From positions 1,022,527 through 1,086,526 of the forward strand of contig MU057880.1 of NCBI GenBank assembly GCA_013265495.1: 64,000 nt of DNA, given 5' to 3'. The stretch comes from Vicugna vicugna (Eukaryota). Position 1 is the first letter of the stretch. Each line of letters begins with the position of its first letter. Shown here one piece after another: positions 12,341-23,866 of the stretch. Made by a program: the position numbers and the translations under genes. The notes beneath the pieces are model-generated. The model was given only the letters and a program-made list of their open reading frames with translations. It ran no database searches and had not been told where the DNA came from.

Positions 12341-15300
12341 TTTACACCTAAGTACATACAAGAATTACTAACAGAGATAAAGGGGGATATTGATGGGAAT
12401 ACAATCATAGTTGGAGATTTTAACACTGCATTAACATCACTAGACAGATCTTCCAGACAGAAAATAAACAAGGCAACAGAGAAATTAAATACTACAATAG
12501 AAAAACTAGATTTGGTGGATATTTTCAGAGCTTTACACCCCCCAAAAATAGAATATACATTCTTTTCAAGTGCACGTGGAACATTTTCCAGGATCGATCA
12601 TGTACTTGGACACAAAAGAAACCTCAACAAATTTAAGAGGATAGAAATTATCTCAAGCATCTTTACTGACCACAATGCCATGAAACTGGAAATCAACAAC
12701 AGAGAAACAAAGGAGAAAAAAAGAAAAGCATGGAGATTAAACAATATGTTATTGAAAAAACAATGGATCAATGAGGAAATCAAAGCTGAAATTAAAAAAT
12801 ACCTTGAGACAAATGATAATGAAAGCACAACCACTCAAAACCTATGGGACACAGCAAAGGCAGTGCTAAGAGGGAAGTTTATAGCGATACAGGCCTTCCT
12901 CAAAAAAGAAGAACAATCTCAAATAAACAAGTTAACCCACCACCTGAATCAATTAGAAAAAGAAGAACAAAAAGCCCCAAAAAGCAGCAGAAGGAAGGAA
13001 ATAATAAAGATCAGAGAGGAATTAAATACAATAGAGATTAACAAGACCATAGAAAAAATCAACCAAACCAAAAGCTGGTTTTTTGAAAAAGTAAATAAAA
13101 TCGACAAACCTCTGGCCAAACTCACAAAGAAGAAAAAAGAGAGAGCACAAATTAGCAAAATAAGAAAGGAAAATGGAGAAATTACAACAAACAAAATAGA
13201 AATACAGAATATCATACGAGAATATTATGAAAAACTATATGGAACCAAACTGGATAACCTAGAGGAGATGGACAAGTTTCTGGAAACATACTGTCCACCA
13301 AAACTGAATCAAGAAGAAACTGAACACTTGAACAATCCGATCACTAGAAAGGAAATAGAAATAGCAATTAAAAACCTCCCTACAAATAAAAGTCCAGGAC
13401 CGGATGGCTTCACCGGGGAATTCTACCAAACATACAAAGAAGAACTCATACCAGTCCTTCTCAAACTCTTCCAGACGATTGAAAAGGAGGGAATACTCCC
13501 AAACTCATTCTATGAAGCCACCATCACCCTGATACCAAAACCAGGCAAAGACACTACAAAAAAAGAGAATTATAGGCCAATATCACTGATGAACATAGAC
13601 GCCAAAATCCTCACCAAAATTTTAGCAAATAGAATCCAACAACACATAAAAAAGATTATACATCATGACCAAGTGGGGTTCATCCCAGGGACACAAGGCT
13701 GGTTCAACATACGCAAATCAATCAATGTAATACATCACATCAACAAGAGAAAGGACAAAAACCACATGATCATCTCAATCGATGCAGAAAAAGCATTTGA
13801 TAAAATTCAACACCCATTTATGATAAAAACTCTCGCCAAAGTGGGTATAGAGGGAACATATCTCAACATAATAAAAGCTATATATGACAAACCTACAGCC
13901 AGCATAGTTCTCAACGGTGAAAAACTCAAAAGCTTCCCACTAAAATCTGGGACAAGACAAGGATGCCCACTATCACCACTCCTATTCAACATAGTCCTGG
14001 AAGTCCTAGCCACAGCAATCAGGCAAGAGAAAGAAATAAAAGGGATCCAAATTGGAAAAGAAGAGGTAAAAGTGTCATTATATGCTGACGACATGTTACT
14101 ATATATAGAAAACCCTAAAAGGTCCACAAAAAAGCTACTAGAGCTGATCGAAGAATTCAGCAAGGTAGCAGGTTACAAAATTAATGTTCAAAAATCAGTT
14201 GCCTTTCTTTACACTAACGATAAATCAACAGAAAAAGAAAGTAAAGAAACAATCCCCTTTAAAATAGCACCCAAAGTAATAAAATATCTGGGAATAAATC
14301 TAACCAAGGAGGTGAAAGAATTATACACAGAAAACTATAAACCATTGATGAAGGAAATTAAAGAAGACTTTAAAAAATGGAAAGATATTCCATGCTCTTG
14401 GATTGGAAGAATCAATATTGTTAAAATGGTCACACTGCCCAAGGCAATCTACAGATTTAATGCAATCCCTATCCAATTACCCAGGACATATTTCACAGAA
14501 CTAGAACAAATCATAATAAAATTTATATGGAACCATCAAAGACCTAGAATTGCTAAAGCATTACTGAAGAGAAAGAAAGAGGCTGGAGGAATAACTCTCC
14601 CAGACTTCAGACAATACTATAGAGCTACAGTCATCAAGACAGCATGGTATTGGTACCAAAACAGACATATAGACCAATGGAACAGAATAGAGAGCCCAGA
14701 AATGAACCCACAAACTTTTGGTCAACTCATCTTCGACAAAGGAGGCAAGAATATACAATGGAATAAAGACAGTCTCTTCAGCAAATGGTGTTGGGAAAAC
14801 TGGACAGCAGCATGTAAAACAATGAAGCTAGAACACACCCTTACACCATATACAAAAATCAACTCAAAATGGATTAAAGACTTAAACATAAGACAAGATA
14901 CAATAAACCTCCTAGAGGAAAACATAGGCAAAACATTATCTGACATACATTTCAAAAATTTTCTCCTAGAAGAAATAAAAGCAAGAATAAACAAATGGGA
15001 CCTAATGAAACTTACAAGCTTCTGCAGAGCAAAGGAAACCAGAAATAAAACAAGAAGAAAACCTACGGAATGGGAGAAAATTTTTGCAAGTGAAACCGAC
15101 AAAGGCTTGATCTCCAAAATATATAAGCAGCTCATACGACTCAATAAGAAAAAAATAAACAACCCAATCCAAAAATGGGCAGAAGACCTAAACAAGCAAT
15201 TCTCCAAGGAAGACATACAAATGATCAAAAAGCACATGAAAAAATGTTCAATATCACTAATTATCAGAGAAATGCAAATCAAAACTACAATGAGGTATCA

Positions 15301-15975
15301 CCTCACACCAGTCAGAATGGCCGTCATTCAAAAATCCAAAAATGACAAATGCTGGAGAGGCTGTGGAGAAAGGGGAACCCTCCTACACTGCTGGTGGGAA
15401 TGCAGTTTGGTGCAGCCACTATGGAAAACAGTGTGGAGATTCCTCAAAAGACTAGGAATAGACTTACCATATGACCCAGGAATCCCACTCCTGGGCTTGT
15501 ATCCAGAAGGAAATCTACTTCAGGATGACACCTGCACCCCAATGTTCATAGCAGCACTATTTACAATAGCCAAAACATGGAAACAGCCTAAATGTCCATC
15601 AACAGGTGACTGGATAAAGAAGATGTGGTATATTTATACAATGGAATACTACTCAGCCATAAAAACCGACAACATAATGCCATTTGCAGCAACATGGATG
15701 CTCCTAGAGAATGTCATTCTAAGTGAAGTAAGCCAGAAAGAGAAAGAAAAATACCATATGAGATCGCTCATATGTGGAATCTAAAAAACAAAAACAAACA
15801 AACAAACAAAAACAAAGCATAAATACAGGACAGAAATAGACTCATGGACAGAGAATACAGACTTGTGGTTACCAGGGGGGTAGAGGGTGGGAAGGGATAG
15901 ACTGGGATTTCAAAATTGTAGAATAGATAAACAAGATTACACTGTATAGCACAGGGAAATAAAAAAAAAAGAAAA
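12341..15975 (+). mobile_element. Young 5'-truncated LINE-1, antisense to RXFP1 in intron 2
   Basis: Uninterrupted ORF2 frame, partial 3'UTR and A-tail. Likely TSD aattaaaaaa (12331-12340 / about 15975-15984). Confidence 0.97.
12344..15784 (+). pseudogene. LINE-1 ORF2p (endonuclease / reverse transcriptase), N-terminally truncated but stop-free
   Basis: Frame is open from TPKYIQELL...IVGDFNT (APE endonuclease motif) through TDHNA, QGCPLSP, YADD and [18 protein letters not shown] to TAA at 15784 (1146 codons). About the first 120 aa, ORF1 and the promoter are missing. Confidence 0.93.
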
Positions 15976-16690
15976 ATTAAAAAAAAAACATTTAGTTATT
16001 ACTATAACTATTTTTATGTTGCTTGTTTCATTTTCATTCTAGAGGCTCTTACACCAGCATTGTGTGAATTACCCAAAAATGTATTTAACAACCAGAAGCA
16101 GTTACTAACTAGTATTTAAGTTCGTCATTATCGTTATCCATAGAATCCATGAAAGTATTGCTAATCATTAAGGTATTACTAAAAAAGTTTTTTAACAAAT
16201 TAATTTTTATGCTAATGTTATGATTTTTTTAGCCATTTATAAATGCTGCAGGTAAAACATGTGAGTAGGAGAAGTCATTTGGCTCTGGATATGTTGAGGA
16301 ACCGATTATTTTTACAAGCGAGGTTTTGTGTATCTGTAGGGCAGAGGTGAAGAGGGTCCGAAGGACTCGACCCTGCAGGCTGCCGAGGCCTTGCTGGGGG
16401 AGGAGGGGTGGCGTTCACGGTCACGTCCGTGTTCCTGACACAGCTACCTGGACCTGAGAACACAGCGGTGGCACTTCATTGTGGTGACCGTGTCCCAGAG
16501 CCAGGCCTGTTTCTGCGGGTGGCCTTTCCTGGCTGCTGTGACGTTCGTGAGACAGGGAGGCTGGCTGACCTCCAGAAGTTGTTGCTTCTCCTTCCCTGGT
16601 TCTCCAGCAGGCCCTGTATGCAACTGAGCTTTCACAAGTGAACTCGTTGAATTTGTGGCATTTTAACCATTAATGGGCGGTACGGGGAGC

Positions 16691-16841
16691 GGGGGAGGTT
16701 ATAGCTTAGTGATGGAGCACGTGCTTAGCACGCACAAGGTCCTGGGTCCAATCCCCAGTGCCTCCATCAAAACAAAAATAAGTTAAAAAACCTAATTACC
16801 TCTCCCTTCCCCCCAGAAGTTACAAGTTAAAAAAATTTAAA
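16691..16841 (+). mobile_element. tRNA-derived SINE (Vic-1-like)
   Basis: gggggaggttatagcttagtg...gtcctgggtccaatccccagtgcctcc with A/B boxes, followed by an acctaattacctc tail shared with the other copies. Confidence 0.88.
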
Positions 16842-17814
16842 TAATAGATGATGCAGGGCTCAAAACTGTGGGCCTTGGTGGCCTCTCCTGATCCTTCGTT
16901 CCTCACCACCTCTCTCTTGTCTTTCTGTCTAAAAGGGGCTCACTCTGCATGGCATATTTGCAAAGCTTTGGTGCAATAGATCCAAATGGTGCTGTAATTT
17001 ACATTCCCATCTCCTCTCTGTCTCTTCCTTAATCCTGTTCTTTCCTCTCCTTTTCTGCCCTGTTGTACCTCAACACACACACGCAGTTGAAAAGCCAGGG
17101 TAAGAAGGAGAAAGAAAGGGGGAATTTGAGAGTCAGAAGGAAAGGGGACAAGACTGCTTGTATTTCTCCAAAGCAGACCACATATTTTGTGGGGAGACCC
17201 CTTTTTAAACAGCAATGTCTTCAAACAAACAAGCTCTTTACTAAAGGGTATTCACCTTCCTGCCTATCTTCCCAAAGCATTCTCTCCTTCCCACCCATGA
17301 CTTCCTCTCACCAGAAGGCAGGAATACAGAACATAGGAGATGTGGCCCAAACTGCAAAGTTGGAAAGTTAGCTTTCTTAAAAGAACAGCTTTTGGTATGT
17401 GTGTTTCTATATTTTAAGCCCTATATCCCTCATATTTTAAGGACGTAGTGGGCAGTGAGCGGGAAGACTTCATCCTTTAGTAACGATCCCACTGAAACTG
17501 ATTCTCCGATTTTCCCTGAGGAATCACAGAGCAGTGCATAGGGCAGGGTACTAAAGAGGACACTGTGTTAGGGGACACGGCTTCTAGGGGTGTGGGTAGT
17601 GGTATATGAACAGCATTGATTAACTCTCTATATATTTTCCAAAAACAGTTTTTTCCTAAAAAAGCTAAAAAATGATATAATGATGCTGTGAATAAAAATG
17701 AATGACATAGACCAAGAAAAATCCTGTCTTACCTGTGGCATGAGCTCAATAAATATTTGTTAATTCAATAAATGAATGAATGAATGAGTGGGTCTCGGCC
17801 CTCCAAGACACTTC

Positions 17815-18000
17815 AGAGAAAATCCAGCCTTCCTCATGCAATCGTAAAATTTGGGAACTGGGACACTTAACCAGAACACAGATTTCCAGGCTCCTCCGCT
17901 GGAGATTGTGATCTGTTTGGTCAGCACGGGGAGCGGGGAACTGTATTTTCCGCAAATGCGCCAGAGGAGTCTTGCAGCGAGTTCTGGGAGAACCGCAGTG
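17815..18000. mobile_element. MER5-like hAT-Charlie remnant
   Basis: cagatttccaggctcctccgctggagattgtgat...ttctgggagaaccgcagt resembles MER5A. Confidence 0.55.
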
Positions 18001-18244
18001 TGGGATTTTCTCCAGCGCAGCTCTTGTCACATGGCAGTGGGGGACAGCTACATTTAGTATCAGAAACATCCTGGCAATTGGAGGGAGCGGTTTTTTGTTG
18101 TTTTTTCCTTTCTAGAGTTGCTGACTGTTGAGGGTCAGTCTGGTAGTCCAAACACTCGAGATTAATGGGAGTGGTCCCAAGTTTAAGGGCATGCACATAT
18201 CTCTTGTTACTCTTATTGTAACTTGCTTCATACTGTACTGTTTA

Positions 18245-18333
18245 GGGAGGAGGGTATAGCTCAGTGGTAGAGCGCACACTCGGCATGCAGGAGGTCCTGG
18301 GTTCAGTCCCCAGTACATGCTTTAAAAATAAAT
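18245..18333 (+). mobile_element. tRNA-derived SINE (Vic-1-like, short)
   Basis: gagggtatagctcagtggtagagcg...gaggtcctgggttcagtccccagtac plus an A-rich tail. Confidence 0.88.
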
Positions 18334-18444
18334 GCTATGCCTATTAACATATATATTTTACCTCCTTAAGAGAGTCTGACAGAAATTAGTCTTTTGACCT
18401 GTGTATTTTTATTACCTCAGTGACTTCTAAAGCATTTTAATAGC

Positions 18445-18822
18445 ACAAGGGATTTTTAGGGCAATGAGATTATTCTGTATGATACTATAGTGGTGGCTAC
18501 ATGTCATTATGCATTTGTCAAAACTCATAGAATGTACAACATCAAGAATGAACCCTAATGTAAACTATGGACTTTGGTTGATAATAATGTGCCCATGTTG
18601 GTTCATCGATTGTACCAAATGTGCCACACGGATGAGGGATGCTGAGGGTAGCGGAGTGTATATGTGTGGGTGAGTATATGTGTGGGAGGGCTATGTGGGA
18701 ACTCTGTATCTTCTGCTTAATTCTGCTGTGAACCTGAAACTGCTCTAAAAGAATAAAGTCTATTAAAAGCAACAACAACAACAACAAAAAACGAAAAACA
18801 AAACAAAACAAAAAACAAAAAG
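18445..18822 (+). mobile_element. Old LINE-1 3' end (L1MB/MC-type) with (CAA)n/(CAAAA)n tail
   Basis: gtgaaccctaatgtaaactatggactttgg-type motif and gaacctgaaactgctctaaaagaataaagtctatt. Confidence 0.8.
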
Positions 18823-19361
18823 AAGTACTTTTAATATAAAGTATGGCTGTTTACTAGCTCTCACAAAGTATATAAAATGGTAAATCTTTATTTCGTCTGC
18901 ACCAAGTGTTAGTTATAATTGAGTTTAATGGAAAAGTGGGTTAGACACACCAATCTGAATTCTAGAGAGGGCATCACTCTCCTCTGCACGCTCAGACTCC
19001 CTGGCATTGGCATTGTGGAGGTGGGGGGCAGGGGGGTGTCAAGGGATGAGGTCTGGGTGGGAGTGGGAGAGGTTCGAGTCCCTCGAATGCACTCCATGCT
19101 TTGTTACGGTGCTATATTAGGGTTTCCTCAGTTTCCCAGGATTCTCCTTGAGAAGAGAGTTCTGTGATTAAATATCCTTGGGAAATGCTGCATCCTGTGG
19201 GTCCCCCTTTGGAATTAATAATGCATGCTAGTATGAGGAAAGGGAACTCAGGCTTAAAGAAATATCTTTAAAGTTTGTGTAACCCTGTTTATATGACATA
19301 TTTGACCACATTTTGGGAAGTGTTTGCTTTTGCGTTTGTACGAGAAATAGCAGGTCCCATA

Positions 19362-19552
19362 GGAGAGGTTTTCAAAGTGCAGATTCAGGGCAGGTAGTAT
19401 CAGCATCACGTGAGGACTTCAGAGAAAAGCAAATTCTCGGGCCCCACTCCAGGGGCTGTTTAATTAGGAACTCTGTAGAAGGGGCCTGCATTCTGTGTTT
19501 TAACAAGCCCTCCAGCCACTCTGACTCCTACTAAAGTTTGAAAATCACTGCT
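19362..19552 (+). mobile_element. MER5A-like DNA transposon
   Basis: agcatcacgtgag...gcaaattctcgggccccactccag...ttaacaagccctccag...aagtttgaaaatcactg. Confidence 0.75.
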
Positions 19553-21089
19553 CCGGACTAACTGATTACTTTCCAGGTGTTCTGAATTCGGTAATAAAAT
19601 TGTCTGCATTGGGAAGGGGATCATTTCAAAATTTTAACAGGTGTGACATTCATCTATGGGTTAAAATGCTCGTTTCTGGGCTCCACCCTGCCCTCCCCTG
19701 CGGCCTACCCGCCCCATCAGGGATCAGTGTTTCTGGGGGTAGGGATCAGTGTTTCTGGGGGTGGGGAGCAGGACCCGGCTTCTCTCCAGCCGGCAGGAGG
19801 CTGCTATGCCTCCCAGACATTCGCCCTTCCTGGGTTCCTTCGAGGTTTGGATTTTGAATACTCAGAAGCCAAGGGACCTGTGCCTCTATCACATGCCTCT
19901 GTAAGAGAGGATGCCGTGAGGCTGTGTGTGAAAGGGTCTGCACTTTTATCAGAATGAAGGCATACATTCTATTGCTGATTGATGAATGAATGAATAGGTG
20001 GTTAATTTCTAATTGGATTGACGCGCAGCGAAGGTATTTATTCGATTCCCAGCACCTATTCTGGGGACACAGTGAGTGGAGCATGTTTTTCTCAGAAAGT
20101 AATGGTCCCCAGAGTAGAGGTGCCCTGGGCCATCAGAAGAGACCCTGGGGTGTTGCCTGGCCTGGCAGAAAAGTCATCAAACCAGTAGTGTGAGAGCTCC
20201 TTGAATCTGAGTGACAGCAGTCGTCTGCTGGACAGAATGCATATGCCTCTTTCTGGTTCTTAGTACCTTTAGAGGCAACTCTTTGAAGAAGTGGAAGGTG
20301 TAACATTATCCTGGGCATATTTTAAAGGCAGTCAGGGCCAATACAGAAACTTCCTTTTGTGCCCTATTCTCTAGGGAGCCTTCTGGGTTGGAAGTCTTTG
20401 TGCCATGAACTCAAACGTCATTTACGCGTTGTTGGATACAACAGATAAACCTATGGGGTTAAAATGAGGTTTGTCTTTTATAAAAAAAAAAGCCAAGGCT
20501 CAGCTCCTTAGGTATTTCCAGTGCTATTTTGAGAATAATAAATAGAAAACCCGCAGTTTTTGAACATACAATGCTTAGTTGTGTATTAATACACATATTT
20601 ATGACCCGTGCTACTTTTCCGCCTGTGTTTTTAACCTTAAAAGAGACGAACTGCCACCTTTAATTCTAAAATGAGAACAGCTAAGTTCTACGACGGACTA
20701 TCTGGCAGTGCCTTCATCCTGACAGCTGTGTGAAAAGCTGTATTGAGGAAATGAAAGACCGTTTAGCATTCCAGAATTTTAAATGCAGGTCCAAATCACA
20801 ATTAAAAGGATCCTTGAATACACTTCAGACAGTTTTACAATCCTATTAAAAAGTGTATATCCTCACCATCACACCCATAAAAAAATACTGTTTACCTACT
20901 ACTCAGAGATTATTAGTAAGTGCCAGCCAGTGACAGGCAAATATTCTGGGGTATTAAAGTTTTCTTTCCTTTGCATTCCTTGCACTCAGCCTTTTTCCTA
21001 TGCAGGAGACTAGAATTATCCATTTGCATTGCTTTGGGGAAGGGATGACACAGCAGTCTGCAGATAACAAAGGAGTCGAATTCTAAGTA

Positions 21090-21330
21090 TTTGATTGTTT
21101 CAGCATTGGCATAGATGTGGGGAAAAAAAAGAGCTGGGCTTTGCTGTTTCTAGACTGGACGGGAGAGCTGGACCAGAGACGCGGAGGGGAAGGGTCTTCC
21201 TTCCCTTCCCTCTGCCTGGGCGGAACCGGGGAAGCCAGAAGCCCCTCACCTTCACTATATCCACAAAGACCTTATTTCCATATTCTAAGGTTCCTGGTGG
21301 ACATGCATTTTTAACAGACACTAACATAAT
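21090..21330 (-). mobile_element. MaLR (MLT1-like) LTR fragment
   Basis: tatatccacaaagaccttatttcca...ttctaaggttcctggtggacatg resembles the MLT1 5' part read antisense. Confidence 0.5.
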
Positions 21331-23866
21331 ACATCACCCAAAATGTACTATAAGAGGTTTCTCTCTTTCCTGTGGATCAATGAAGTACAGATGTGGAAAT
21401 AGTGACCTCCTCTCCCTATAGGCAAGGCTGTGAGCGTGCAGAGCAGGAGTGATGTTTAGAGCCTCCCACGGGGAGCCCCTGAACTTGGGTCTTCATGTTA
21501 GAGGGATTTAGCCTGCCTCCAGCAGGGGGATGAGGCTGTGCTGGTGTGACCGTGATGGGACCCTTCTCCATAGAGACACCTGTTTACAATGCAGAAGGAG
21601 GGGTGCTAGCACATTCTAATCTGGAAATGCAAACGTTCCTTTTAAATAAAAACCTGGATGTAATCAATAAATTCCGTAGCATCTGAGAATTTGATGCTAT
21701 ATTAATATTTAATTTTTACTATTGAGTTAGAACTCAGTTTGAGATGGACAAAAATAATTCATGAACTCGAGTCCTTATCTTTTTGTAACCAGGTTCCTTT
21801 GGTATTTACCCAGACATATTCTCCCAAGTATCTCAGGGTTTTAGCTGGAAAAGTGAGAAGTTCCTCTTTTTTCTATTTGTCACTGTTGCACTAAACACTG
21901 CACATATGACTGTTAAAGATTTTTTTTTTTTGGCCTCTATTCTGATGGCATCTGTGATAGTTCTGGGTACAGATAAAAAATGGGTTAGTAGCAAAAATGT
22001 TTTTACCAGAGAATTTTGAATTTCTGGACGGCTGTGAGGATTTTATGTTTTATTGTTTCCTGTTAGTGAAAATAATTTTACTAACTTGTGATCAGATAAT
22101 TTGTTCTGTGTTGTTTCTACATTTGTGAATTTATTGAATTTTTATAGCTTAACGTATGTAAATTTTTATAAATGCTTAAAGGAATTTTTGAAAAGTTGTT
22201 TTTATTTTGAGGGTATTGAATTCAATATCTACCTGTAAGTTCTGTGAGATTGTGCCTTACGCCTTCATATTCTTACTTATTTTTCTGTCTCCTTAATCGA
22301 TCGTATGCTGAGCTAGGGATTTTATTGTTGTCGTTTTTCTGTTCTACTTGTACTTCTGCAGCTTTACCTTTTTGAATTTTAAAACTGTTATTTGGTGCAT
22401 AAAGGTCCTTGAGAGATACAAAAAAATGCGTTAATGATATATGGCAAAATCATTTGGGAGTTATATCAAACCACGTAATTCAGGGAAAAAATTGTATATT
22501 TCCATATTGAGTTTATCAGTAAGGATCAGATTTGTGAAAATGCTGCAGTCAGTTTTGACCAGGACTCCCCTAGTCTGGAGTCCAATCAAATGTAAACGAT
22601 TCCTGTGATAGAATGAAAAAGATGTCAGCTCCAGAGTAATAGACTATGTATTGCCCAAATATTTAAGAAGGAACGCGATCTCTGTGAACTCAAATAGAAA
22701 CTTTAATCAAGCTTTAATCAAACTTGATTAAAACTTCTCCTTGCATTGTGTCCATGAAAAATGTTCAATGATTTTGATGTCTTATGTTTTTGTTTGAGAT
22801 ATTTTATTTTTTAATATTTTATATTATTTTATTTTTTTATGGATTTTCAAAGAGAACTGGAAACGTAAGACTACTTGTTTCAAATGTTTGTGATGATACA
22901 AAACTAACAGTTCTTTCTAAATATAATTAGTTTATATTATAGGTCAGTACATAGGGAGTCAGTTTAATTTATTTGACAGCGTTTCATTTTTTAGTGACTT
23001 CCTTAAATTTTATTACCGCTGTTTCCATTTGACTTATTTCTCCACTTTTATAATTATTATTAGTGTCAATATTTAAATAGTTTAAGGGAATAAGGAAGAG
23101 GTTTTTGGAGCTTTTTTTCTAAAAGGTCTAATTAAGAACAAAGTTCCCCATTTCAGAAAAAAGGTTTTCTATTTGACAACATACTAAGCTGTAAATGATC
23201 ACTCTTAAAGTGATTTTTAGCTGTGGGTTCTTCTTTTATTTATGTCTAAGATATTATATTCTACATGACTGCAAATATATTTAATGTTGCTTATTCAAAT
23301 ATGCGTGAAGGTTACATATTCTGAAAAGAGTCAACTTTCTGACTTAATTTAATAAGCATCAAACCAAATTTAAATATGGATGTCTTAAAAATGAACAGCC
23401 CAGGGAGCATAAATTATTCAGATACCATCAAAAGAAGGAAAAAAGCACAGCTGGTGAAGGAAATTAAAGGAATGAGAAGCCAGAAGAAATAACTACATCT
23501 AATACTTTGTATCACCTGGACTGTGCAGGCGGTGTGAAATTCTGACATCGTTTCTGGGAAGTTCCAGCCTCCTGCCGCACAGACAGCAGCAGCATTGCAG
23601 CTGCGCATCTCTCAGGCTTTGGGCACAGCTCCCTCTTTTGGTGTTTGATAACTGCAGCTAGTAGAGTGTCAGTTCTTCTTACAGAAACTAAATAATTTGA
23701 TAATAATGGAGTCTGTTACTGAGTTGTAGGAGCAGGTTAGAATGCTGGCACGCCACGTTGAAATCCCGATTCCAGTTTATTTCTGCTGTGGCTACTGGAT
23801 CGTGTGCCCTCCTTATTTTCTGCTCACTCGGGCTTGGGTCAGCGGTTCTCAATGTCTAGTGTGCAC

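Noticed and set aside
12512..15784. Host gene or novel reverse-transcriptase system
   Set aside because: It is ordinary LINE-1 ORF2, truncated at the 5' end. The listed start is a TTG inside a longer frame.
18245..18320. tRNA-Ala genes here and at 16691, 52389, 55993 and 60768
   Set aside because: Stems are degenerate, and the copies have A-rich SINE tails, several with TSDs. They are SINEs.
22440..22910. Possible ancient CR1/L3 fragment (tttgtgatgatacaaaact resembles the FADDTKL-coding motif)
   Set aside because: Too degenerate to support without a profile search.
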